64,000 bases of DNA, from contig OZ287695.1 in NCBI GenBank assembly GCA_965649825.1, positions 973,081 to 1,037,080 of the forward strand. The letters run 5' to 3'. Positions 49,454 through 61,353 of this stretch are shown here, piece after piece. Each line of letters opens with the position of its first letter. Position 1 is the stretch's first letter. Under the pieces are notes generated by a model. That model saw only the letters and a program-made list of their open reading frames with translations, did not search any database and was not told the origin of the DNA. Source of the stretch: Penicillus capitatus (taxonomy: Eukaryota > Plantae > Chlorophyta). Made by a program: the position numbers and the translations under genes.

Positions 49454-51086
49454 ACTTAAGACGAGAATGTGTTCTTCGGCAATGGCGGGCGCTTAAGTTA
49501 TGGAATAATTAAGCCATTAGAGTACTTTCTTCTCTGTCGCCGTCTGGTGACTGTTAGAGCGCAAAGAGACAAAACGGTCCGTGCCTCTCCTTTATTGAGC
49601 TGGATTTTCTGAGTATTGAGCCGATGTGTATGGGCATTACGCTTTCCGAAATGTCTCTGCACATACGCTTCTTTCTCTCCTGTGCCGTCATATCACATCC
49701 AGCAGTCTATGCGATTAATGTTTTGGTGGAAAATGAATATGGAATCAATGTCTGCAAGATGTCAACAATACGTTGCTGATCGATGCGTGCGAGAATTCAT
49801 GTACGTGCCAATGACTATTTTCTTGTCAAATATATTACTGTAACATTTTCTCTGCAGTTCCGGGCCGATTGAGGTTGAACATTGAACCAAGACTGTCAAC
49901 GACGCCAGTAAGACATTCTGGGAATTAAGAGATCCATTCCATCGACAACAGTAGGTGTGCATCTGTCGTTCACAACTTGCCGTCGCCAGTACATGTCTCC
50001 CTTTCTCCTTCATCTTTTCGTGCGTTAAAAAGAGCATTGTGACAGGAGAAACTGCACTGGATCCATTCTTCAGGATGACAAGGATCTGTTGGCCTTGAGG
50101 AACAACGAAGGCTCCCATCTGTGATGTCTCCCTCTGAAGGAAATGTGGTAGTTCTAGGTGTTTTGGCCAGACCGATTACGAGATCGAAGGGCAGGATGGA
50201 CAACTGACTATGGGAGTTGGAATCTCATAATCAGATGCATGGACGCAAAATGCCTTTTGCCAAGATAACGTCTGATAGGTTCATTCATCATCACTCGTGA
50301 GAGAAACGCAGAAATGTCGACACACACTTGCCTCTTTCTGTCAGTCGAGTCAGAGTTCCAGACTTCAGTCTTGGCATCTCAGACACAGTAGAACAGCTGG
50401 TGACTGTTTGGCTGGCCACAGATATCAGCAGTTGACAATTGCAGTGAGGATAGTCCAAAGAAAGCATATCGACCAGGGATGCGAGGCCCCTCAAGAACAG
50501 TCGACTCTGCGTTTAGGAAATCGTTTACGGAACGAATGCACTTAATGTAATGTACTGTCGAAATACATTCTTTTGCAAAGACGTCTAGAATTGAATACAG
50601 CTTAGAATGAAATGATGACCAAGTCTGACCGAATGGAAGTTCGGACTTCACAATAAAAGAAACAGCGAAGGCATTTGATTTCTGGATACATGCCACTCAC
50701 TCATTCTTACAACAAAGGTGACTACTCTAGCCTCGAATGAAATGTTACTGATCGACAGAAGGAGTGAGAATGTCGTCATTGTCAGCAAATAACGGATGAT
50801 GTCAAAATGCTACAGACGTTTTAGTTTCGGTCCCACAGTTTTCTCAGAACATACACAGCATTCATCAATAGTCAACAATCAACAACAAACACAATCAACG
50901 GTCCTCATGACTTTTCTCTCTTTACACAAGGAATCAATCGTTTAAGTTCCACGTTCACCTGTTCTAAACGTTTAACAGGTACTCGTCAGAGAATAAAGGT
51001 ATTGCGAATAAAATCAGCAGAGATGTTAGACAGTCGTCCTAGTGGAAAGGTTTGGTAGATGTGAATCTCTTTGGACACCTACCTTC

Positions 51087-54006
51087 TCACGGACGAACGA
51101 GTTTCTCAAGGGAGATTCGTGTCGATTTCTTGCAGCTCTGCCATTCAGAGCAGATGACATCGAAAGGCGTTTTTCCATTCTCCTCGGTCACCGTCTTCGA
51201 TGCTCCGGCATTCACCAGAATCTGTAACGCATCGTCAGACTTTGAGGTGGCACCTCTGACTCACCTTTGCCGCTTTTAGCTCTCCGGTTTCTGTGGCTTT
51301 ATGAAGTGGAGTTTCTCCATGTAGATCGGCCGCATTGAGGTCGGCCCCTTCTTCGAGTAACAGCTTCAACCAACAACAACGTAAACAAGAAACAGAAGCA
51401 AATTAACATTCACCTTAACAACTTTGGGTACACTATTGTACCTAGCGGCCAAATGAAGAGGGGTTTCTCCGTCGTCATCGACCGCATTGATGTCGGCCCC
51501 TGCTTTAAGCAGCAGCTACAACCGACATCATGAACAAAGAAAGGAAGCACATCGGCACGCACCTTGACAACTTCGGGGTCACTATTGGAACTGGCGGCAA
51601 CGTGAAGTGGAGTTTTTCCATGTTTATCGACCGCGCTGATGTTGGCTCCTGCTTCAAGCAGCAGCTACATGCAACAAGCACGTAGACAAGAAAACAGAAG
51701 CCTATCGCTATACACCTTCACAATGTCGGGGTTTTCATTGAAGCCGGCTGCAAAATAAAGTGGCGTCATTCCGTCTTGGTCGACGGCATCGATCTTCGCT
51801 CCGCGCTTGAGAAGCATCTGGCAATCGACAGCTTCCGCCAATAAGGCGACAAAGTAAACGCGCAACTAACCTCGACCACCTCGGCGTCATTGTAATTTGC
51901 CGCTCGATGCAAAACAGTAAATCCAAAGTTGGTGGCATGGTTGATGTCCGCTCCGTTCTCAAAGAGAAGCTGACAGTCGACAGTTTCTGTCAATGGGGTA
52001 ACGAAGTTAATGCCTAACTGACCTCGAAAAACTCGACGTCTCCGTTGTATGCTGCCATAGAAAGAGGAGTCTCTCCGGTGTTGTCGACCTTAATGACGTC
52101 CGCTCCATGGTCAATGAGTACCTAAGGAACTTGCTGAGAACGCAGGAGCACATCAGAACTCGCCTGAGCAGTTTTCAAGAGTCCGTAGAATGCAGCCTTG
52201 TGTAAGGGTGTCTCTCCAGAGTTTTCTTCGGCGGCGTCCACTTTAGCGTCATGGTCCAGAAGAATCTGCGAATATACGTCTGAGCAGACGCCTGAGATTA
52301 TATTGTTGATTACCTTCATCACCTTCGTGTGTCCGTTTTCCGCCGCCACATGCAACGGAGTCACTCCGCTGTCGACGCTGAGCTTGTCCACACCAGCTCC
52401 ATACTCCAGAAGAACCTTCAATCCCGCGCACAGAGATTTAGCAGACAGAACCGAACCATCCAGACTCTGTAATCCAGAGTGGACTCAAAGGAGCGTACTA
52501 CCTTAGTACATTCTGACGAATTGTAAAACGCCGTCCAGTGCAACAAAGCAAAATGCTGCAGGCTCGTAATTCTATATTGACTTTTGACGACGGACGTGTA
52601 AAAAGAATCTGGATCCAGTTCCTCCAGAAGAGCGGCTTCTAACTTCATGACATCGTCATCCTTTATGAAGCCAACTGCTTCCTATAGAACCGTCTGTCCG
52701 TTCACCGCAATCTTCATTGTTAACGCAACCTTAATCATCTTTTTCTGCGAGAGTTCACTCAGCCGTTTGCGCTCTTCTTCAATTTCCTGTTGTTCCAACT
52801 TCTAGTCTTTTGGTTTATCATCTACAGGCTCATCTACCTTCGAGAAACGTACATTAAATGGCGACGGTTCTTCTGATGGTTCTGGCATCTGCACAAAGAG
52901 AGCAGAAGAAGAAGAGAATTTAGAAAAAAGCTCACCTCTGGACCTTCACCGATTCTTTCCAGAATCCAGTCCAAGAATGCACCGATACTTGTGTAGATGG
53001 AAGGTGAGGTATCAGTGCAGTTCTCGGACCCCATTGACGTTACACCGACGAGCAGGTCGAGTTTTGGATTCCCTGCTGCTACACTGCCTCCAACTGCGTT
53101 AGGAATCAACAACGGACCACCAGAATCACCTTCAGCAGAATAGACTTGGCAGAGAGCAATGCTAACAGGTAAGACTATAACCTTTGCATGTGTCGTCGTT
53201 CACGAATTCAACACAGATTGAGTGATTCTTGACAGCATCGCCCAGATGTTCTTCGCAGTTGTCACGTTTCACGTGTATAAGGCTCTCTGCCATCTGTAGG
53301 GAATTAGGCTTCTTTCCAGTCTTGTCGAGTCCCCAGCCGAGTGCGACAAACAGTTTGCCTTCGCGGAATTCGCCTGCCTGAACGTCCATCGACGGCAGTG
53401 TGACATTCGCTTCTCTGTTTAGTTTGACGACGGCGATGTCGTATCCATCCCTCACGTCGCCGGTCCAAGACTCAGGCCAATGACTCTTCACTCCGCTGAA
53501 CGCCTAGTGCCCTTCACTTAGAAAAAAAGTAAATGGCCGTAAGCAGGTGGCTACTGTTTCGGGTTTATCCGCGTCGAGCTTGTGAACGCCACAGCGGATA
53601 AGCGGATTTCTGCCAATGTTGTCAGGATGGGCGGGGTCGACGCAGTGTGCTGCGGTGACCACCCATTGTGGTCGAATGAGGAAACCCCCGCAGCGGTGGA
53701 TTCCGTCGTCTCGTCTTGAAAGACTGCAAGCGTAAGGGAATCGTCCCTCAGGTGCTTCTTTACCCTACGAAAAACGGAGTTTAAATATGAATCAATGCGC
53801 GCTTTACAAACTCACGCTGAAATACAAAGTGCCACGCGGCTCAGTGGCCGATGCTTCTGATGCGCAAAAACACACCCGCGTCGGAAATGGCACTTCGGGG
53901 TGGCAGTACCTTCTTTTCCTTCACATGCTGCTCCGTGGAAGTGTAGGAGGACCAGCAGAAAGAAATGGTAACCTAGACGGGAACGCGAAACACAGAAGAA
54001 CTTCAT
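51087..54006 (-). CDS. Secreted serine protease-ankyrin fusion, copy C8 (8 internal ANK exons)
   Basis: Duplicate of C6 with one extra ANK exon. The triad is intact. The linker TAG at 52802-52804 lies inside a candidate 51-nt intron (52787-52837). Confidence 0.8.
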
Positions 54007-54913
54007 ACTGAATACAAATATGCGTTCTGCAGCAATGGCAGGCGTTTAAGTAATGCGGGTAATTGAGCTATTAAAGCGCTTACTTCTCTGCAGCGTCCCA
54101 GTGACTGTTAGACATCGCGCATGGACGAAACGGTCCGTGCCTCTCCTTTATTGAGCTGGATTTTCTGAGTATTGAGCCGATGTGTGTGGGCATTACGCTT
54201 TCCGAAATGTCTCTGCACATACGCTTCTCTGCCTGTCATCAGATCGTATCGAGAAGTCTAAGGATCCGATATATTTAGTGGATAATGAATATGAACTCAG
54301 CGGCTGCGAAGATGTCAAGAGTGCGTTGCAGATCGCTGCATCCAGGAATTCATGAACGTGTCAATGACTGCATGCATTCTTATCAAGTATAGTCCGGCAA
54401 CATTGTGGTTGCAGTCTGGGCCGATTGGGGTTGAACCCTGAACCAAGACCTTCAACGATGCCAGTAGTACATTCTGGACATATAGAGATCCTTTTGACAA
54501 CAGCAGGTGTGGCGTTGTCGTTCACATCTCGCCTTTGACATTTCATGTCTTTCCCAGGTATGCTTCATCGGACAGCATTCTACTGAAGTGACAGTCTCAG
54601 ATTGCAGAAGCATGAATTGCACAACTAGTGCAGCAAGAGAACTGATATGGGCATCTAGACCACGGAGGGAGAACAGAGCAGAGGAAGGTGGAATAGACAG
54701 CATGGCTCAAGATCGCCACATCCGCTTCAACATGTTGTTTCCATGTGCACTGACTGGGACATGCACTGCGAAGGCTATGTGAGACATGAACGCATTTAAG
54801 CCGTTTCCATCGAGCTGTCTTGACATTTTGTTACCTCGAGGCCAGTTACGTCTACTGTCACTTCACTTTAGTTCGGCCGATACCTTCCGATACCCGTCAT
54901 CTCGCTGTTCGTT

Positions 54914-57900
54914 ATGAAGGACGATAAGAAAACGTGGATGGTCACGCAGTCGCAGCAGTGCTCTTCTCTGGATCCCGATTCGACGTTGGAAGTCCATTCA
55001 TCGTCGTCTTCGGCGGAAGTCACTTCGTCGGACGATGCGGAGATCAGACGCGTCTTGCGCGTTGGCCGCCTACTCATCAAGAGCGAGAAATTCAAAGAAG
55101 CCCTCCAGATGACCGAACAAGTCCTTCGAAAACACCCAAGACACGCAGAGCTGCTGGTGCTCGAAGGGGAATGTCTGAAGTGCATCGGAAGTCTGACAAA
55201 GGTCAGTGTCGCACGAGGTTTCCTGTACGAAAGCGCGATGATGTCGCAGGCCATAGTTTGTTTTGCGAAAGCGGAGGCGTACGATGCCAGAAATGCAGAA
55301 ACCGTAATGCATCTGGCTGATGTTCATCACCAGCAAGGGAATCTCCAATCATGCCTCGAACTCGTGCAGAGAGCCTGCGATTTAAAGCCAGAAAACAAAG
55401 TTCAGTGCCATGACCATTCGTGCGAGAGCTTACGGTGTGAAAAATTTCACAGGAGTTCAAGAAGACATTGGCAGGAGTACTGACCGATCAAGGAACAGTT
55501 CTCAAGAACGAAGGTACTCTCAGTCACACTCTCAGTCACACCTCGTGACGCTGTGCTGCAATCGAGCACTGTAGGGAAAGGAGACGAAGCGACGAGCAGA
55601 TACCGGGAAGCATTGAAGGCCCATCCTGGGTTCCCTCCAGCTCTGTACAATCTGGGAGTGTCCTACGCAGAATCCCAGCAGGTGAGCATCGCGTTCGCTG
55701 CACTGATGGAGGGTTTGAGCATTGCCAGGTGGAGATGGCAATGGAGTATTACAGGATGACAGTTGAAGAGGATCCTTCTCACGTCATGGCCTGGGGGAAC
55801 ATGGCAGCCATCCACTTCGATCGCCGCCAGTTTCAGGAATCACTCCACTGTCATCGCCAGGCACTGGCAGTGCAGCCAGAAACGGACGAGCTGCGACAGA
55901 GCTGCGCGCGGCTGCTCGCTGCCATGGGAGCACAGTCGAAAGCGGAGGGGAACACAGAAGAGGCCCTCCGACTTTACCACGAAGCCCTATCGCAGCATCC
56001 AGCCGTAAGTCACACATCTCGCTCCTGCTCGGGTGTGCGAGAGAGTGTGAAGTGCGTCGAGGCGATGTACAATCTGGGTGTCGCTCTGGCCGAGAACGGA
56101 GAGAAGGAGAAAGCGATCTTCATGTACGAGACAGCGATTCACCACAACAATCGTCTCCCCGAAGTCCACAACAACCTCGGCGTCCTCCACAAGGATATGG
56201 GCAGAGATCAGAAGGCGATTCAGTGCTACCAGAACGCCCTCGCCATACAGCCCGACTTCGCCATGGTGCCTCTCTTCGAACGGAGGATCTCGAAGAGACG
56301 TGTTGTCGCTCCCAGAGTCTGAGCAATCTGGGACTGCTCTATGCCATGCAAGGACAGGCGGCAGCGGCCATCAGCAACATCGAGGCCGCCATTCGGTCCA
56401 ACCCGCAGTACTTCGAAGCATACAACAATCTGGGCGTCGTTCAGAAGGACATCGGGCTGACGCACGAAGTGTTTCGATCGTTTCCTCTGTGCTTGTCTTG
56501 CACGATTCCTTTTGTCTGGGTCCCTAGTCGTTGGAGTCCTACAAGAAGTGTCTTACCATCGCCCCGGAAAGCAGAAGTCCGGCGGACAACTTCCTCCTTG
56601 GACTGAACTACGTGAGGTGCGGAGCATCTCCAGAAGTCAGCGATCATCACTTGAAGTGGGGCGTCGCCCTCTCGGAACGCATCCCTCTGCTCCCACCTCT
56701 TGACCGTTTGTCCAGAGACTTGAATCCGGACAGGGTCCTCAAAGTGAGGCCATACGTTCCGGAGGAATGCCGGAAGGATGTCTTCGCGGAGTAGGTTGGT
56801 TACGTATCCGGCGATCTGTGCACGCACTCCGTATCGTACTTTGCCGAAGCGCCGCTCTCCGAACACGATCCGGGTCAGATCGAGCTGATCGTGTACAACT
56901 GTTCGCCCAGAGCAAGCCAGACCGTTTTCCACATCGAGAGTGACTGGGGCTGTTCCTTAGTCGGATGACAAGACGGCGTTGCTTCAAGGCAAAGTGAAAG
57001 GGATCAAAGGGACGTGGAAGGAGGTGACGCATTTGCCCGAACAGGGACTGGCAGAGCAGATCCGCCAAGACGAAGTGGACATCCTCGTGGAGCTCAGCGG
57101 ACACACTTTTCACAACAGACTGGGAGCGCTGGCCATGAAACCGGCTCCCGTTCAAGTGACACTGGCACTTCTCTCTCAGAAAGAACTGCTCTGGTCTTAA
57201 AGGTCACGTGGATCGGCTATCCCAATTCCACGGGTCTGACGCAGATCGACTACCGCATCACAGATGTGCACTGTGACCCAGAAGAGACAACACAGGTGAT
57301 TTCGAACTCATTCAAACCAGCATCCTTCTCAGCTGCTCTCTGTCGACAGTGTTTCTCCGAGACGCTCGTCCGGCTGCCCCACTGCTTCCTGTGCTACACG
57401 CCGTACGCCGATCCTCCGCCTCCCACGCCAGCTCCGTGCCTGGAGAACGGATACGTGACGTTCGGGTCGTTCAACAATCTCGCCAAGATCACGGACGAAG
57501 TGGTCAGAGTGAGTCGTCAGACATCTGTCTCTCGTCCTCGCACGAGAAGAGTCACGTAGACCTGGTCCGAAATCCTGCTGGCCATTCCCGAAGCCCGTCT
57601 CGTTCTCAAGAACAAGAGCTTCGCATGTGCGTCCACCCGAGCGCAGTTCAGTCAGCGCTTCGAACTGGAGGGCATTGCCTCCTGGCGCATCGATCTGCTG
57701 CCCCTCTCCGTGCAAACCAAAGAGCACCTGTCTCTCTACTCGCTCATGGACATCAGTCTGGACCCGTGGCCGTATGCTGGCAAGCCGCCATTCCCTGCAG
57801 GATCCTCATCTGCAGCTTCCTCTGCCTGTAGGCACCACCACGACCTGCGAGAGCTTGTTCATGGGTGTGCCCTGTTTGACGATGGCCGGGAGGTGTCACG

Positions 57901-58148
57901 CGCAGAACGTCGGAGTGAGTCTGATCCGTGCTGTCGGTTTGGATGAGAGCTGGATTGCCACTTCGATCGAAGACTACAAGCAACGCGCCGTGGAGAAGGC
58001 ATCCGACTTCGAGGCCCTGTCCAAGCTGCACATGCATCTGCGCGTTCAGATGCTCAGCTCTGAGCTCTGCAATGCCAGAGGACACGTGCAGCGCCTGGAA
58101 TGCGAGTACAGGAAGATGTGGAGGAGATGGACAGAGATGAATGCGTGA
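54914..58148 (+). CDS. SPY: SPINDLY-type protein O-fucosyltransferase, copy 2
   Basis: Same exon structure and motifs as 29093-32321. I saw no disabling change. Confidence 0.93.
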
Positions 58149-58696
58149 TGGCGTACAAATATTCGATCTAGAAATTCCGCTGTTATCAAAATCCGTCTCA
58201 AGATATTCGAACTACTTACCGTCGCTCCGTCTTCGAGTTAAGCAACAACAGCAACCGTTCTTCTTGCATCCCAAACCAAAGTATCTCTGCTTCGCCATGG
58301 TTCGTCTGCACCACAGCTACATCCCAGTTTCCTCGACACCGCCGCGGACAGCTGTCTTCTTCTAGACGGTGTCAAAGAGAGTGCAGGGCGCCAAGAACGA
58401 CAAATTCCACGGCCACCGTCGAGGACACCCCATCGTTTCGTCCGTCGAGGTGAGAGAGACCCCTCTTCGATGAGCAGGTCTCAATTCTGTGACCGTGTTC
58501 GCAGAAGAAGCGCTTTCCGGTTGGCCCGGTGGTCCTGGGGTTCTTCATTTTCGTGGTGGTTGGGTCAGGTAGGCAGCCACGATGAGACGGCGGTCGATGT
58601 GACATTTGTGTGATGTGCTGCAGCGTTGTTGCAGACACTGAGAACGACGGGAGGTTTCTGACGAGAAGAAGCTCTGTGTTCTGGCAATAATCACGA

Positions 58697-59396
58697 CTAG
58701 TCATCTATCTCTGTGTGTCTGGATCTGTGCAGTTCATGTGTGAGGTGTTGTCGCAAACAGTCGTTTGTTACAATCTCGACAATCTGTGTGATTATTCGAT
58801 GTGTGAATGTTTGATACTGACGCCATTTCACACTCCCCTCTCTGAAGTATCTATCGGCTCTCGTCGACGTCTTACAAAAGTGGCCGATTTGACCGGTTAA
58901 GCAGGGGGAGAGAGATAAAGAATAGAGCAGAGGGTTCGACTTCCGCGATGATGATGTGACAGTCATCATCGGCATGGGTATAAGTACAGTGCTCGATGTC
59001 CAATGAAACAGTTGAGGTAATAGTGTCCGATCTGCGGTTCTTCGGTCATCCATTGCCTGATCACTGACAATTGCTTGTCGTATTCGTCATTTTTGACGTA
59101 CTGGAATCTCGTTTGAGCAGACGCAGAGGAACCATACGATGAGAAGCAGGCGAATACTAAGTTCTCGTTGGATCTGCTTACAGTGAACTGCTGATATCCG
59201 AAACGCACAACGCGGCCGTCAACGGATGAGCTGATGAGAAGAGTGGTGGGCTGTGTCTCGTCTCCCAGGGAGACTGCTTCGGTTCGTGCTGGAAGGCGAA
59301 TAGACGCTGACTCCTAGCGCATGCGCGCCAACCAGAGGCAGTCACATCGTGGCTGTTCCCGAATGCGTGCACGAGAATCACCAGCAAGCTCTCCAT
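58697..59396 (-). other. Possible multi-exon gene or pseudogene of unknown function (copy 2 of 32874-33572)
   Basis: Homologous frames to copy 1. A 1-nt indel relative to copy 1 lies near 59005. Confidence 0.3.
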
Positions 59397-59634
59397 GCAA
59401 GGCCAGCTGCCGGGACAACAGGCGACGGATACGATCGAGTCGGAATCAGTGTTCCTCAGTTGACGAGGCAGTGTCGAATCTGGACACGTCACTTCGCGTT
59501 TGCTGTCTGGATTAAGAACGCGACTTCCAGCTGCATGGTACAAATTCAAGCAGAATTCTCGACCTCTGCCATTTCCCTTTGCGCGTTTGTGTCTTCTGTC
59601 CTTCCGAAGCTCCTCGAACTCCGTTTCCAGCACC

Positions 59635-60001
59635 ATGTCCGCGAACGCAGCCCTGTTCGTCTTTGCCGCACTTCTCTGCCTCCACGCGGCAAGATCCCTT
59701 CTTCTACAAGAAACCCTTGATGGCGACTGTTTGCTGTTCTGGTAGGCGAGTGCTTACCGCCCCACCACAGAATCCGTTGTCGACGAGAATGGACACGTCG
59801 TCGGAAAACTGTTCTTGAAAGGAGTCGCCAATCCAAGTATGGTTGGCTGTGTGGCGAAATCTCCCTCTTCTTGACTGTCCTCGCGTATGTGAAGTCTATG
59901 TTAAGAAGAACTACGACGTTACCTCCTACTTGACTTACGCCGATACTTGGGAGGAATGCAGAGATGATGTGTGCAGCACATGTGCGTTACAATTCTGTTG
60001 A
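59635..60001 (+). CDS. Small secreted Cys-rich protein, about 83 aa (3 exons), paralogue 2
   Basis: Spliced sequence: MSANAALFVFAALLCLHAASA-YRPTTESVVDENGHVVGKLFLKGVANPIYVKKNYDVTSYLTYADTWEECRDDVCSTCALQFC-TGA. The second intron is 59837-59894. Confidence 0.65.
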
Positions 60002-61353
60002 ATCGAATGCCGAATGGCTGTGTGTAGCCTCGTTTTTTGTATGGGATTTTCGCCCCGATCTCCCAAGCGGCAGTTTATCATGCACGGGATACAATGCCTT
60101 TCCAACCAGCGAACTCCCACCAGGTTGGATGAGAGGCACGTGCGAAGAAGACTAAACGCGTCTCCTAACAAGAGAAGAGCCTATCTCATTCTTTCCGGTA
60201 TAAGTTCTGGAGATTTTGAATGACTCTCTGGAATCATCCGGTTACCTCACAGTTCGATTTAATCAGCATCGCAGCCGGTTTTTGAACCCGTCTCGCGAAC
60301 ACACGTATCCTCTGACGAACATGCGAAGCGAACGAGGATCGCTATTCTCGCCGATTTCTTCCTATCCGCATGCTCACCTAGCTTTTTTCGCGGCAGATAC
60401 CCGGTCTTTGAAATCGGGACTGTCAGGAGGCCACATGCACGCCCGCGAAGATTGGTAAGCGACGGTACGAGATATCGCGGAGGATGGGTAGATACATGCA
60501 TGCTGCAGAGGTGAAAGTTTCTTTCGCGCAAGGCTATCGAGACGCTGAAGACGCTAATGACAGCATCCGATCTTCGGTCACCATCCGTTTCATACGATCA
60601 CGTTCGCGATAACCACACACATCGAAAAGAGATTTGGATGCTGGACTATTGTATTCAAACGACCGACTTTGCCAACGGTCTTCATCACAATACTTTACAC
60701 TGACCTTCGGTTCTCATCAACAAACTCGCCAGACATCGTGTTTCTTTCCGGAGCTGACGTCATCAACGCTTCGCTTTCCCTTTGGCTACAGCAAATGCAG
60801 TTGGTGGCAGACTCACTGGGGCAAATTGGAATGCGTGGATGGCTCATTTGTCAGATCCTGCACTAGCTCGACAGATCAGGGATGTTGTTGAGTGCGTTCA
60901 GCTGTTCGTGTTCTTTCACTGTCCCTCTGTACAAACGTTGCGTGTCGGCGCAATCGGAGGATTTGACAATGGCGGCTTGATTTCTGCTGTGGCGGATTTC
61001 TGTCTCGCGATCCGAATTCCGTTGTGTTATACTTGAACGATGCTCTTCTCCACTTCTTGAAGCCGATCTCGATACATAGTCCTAATCAGAAGAGCAAGAA
61101 GTGTAACACACGTTCGCGGCAAGACACGACAACGTCGCTTTCGCCATGCGTCCATCAGCTTTTCTACTCCCAACGAAACGCGAAGAACTTGTTGACGGCG
61201 CTGTTTAGAAGACAGCTGCTTTACCGTTTCCCAAAAACGATCTTTCAAGGAATAAGAGAGAATCGTCCGCACTGTCGTACGCACAGAGAGGTCCATTTTT
61301 TCGGTCATTAGAATTTGTACTCTTTGTGGTGGTGGTCGCTTTATCCATCCGCC

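Larger units (their letters stand above)
50200..60400. repeat. Copy 2 of the segmental duplication (copy 1 at about 24400-34600)
   Basis: Same evidence as copy 1. Boundaries are approximate. Confidence 0.9.
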
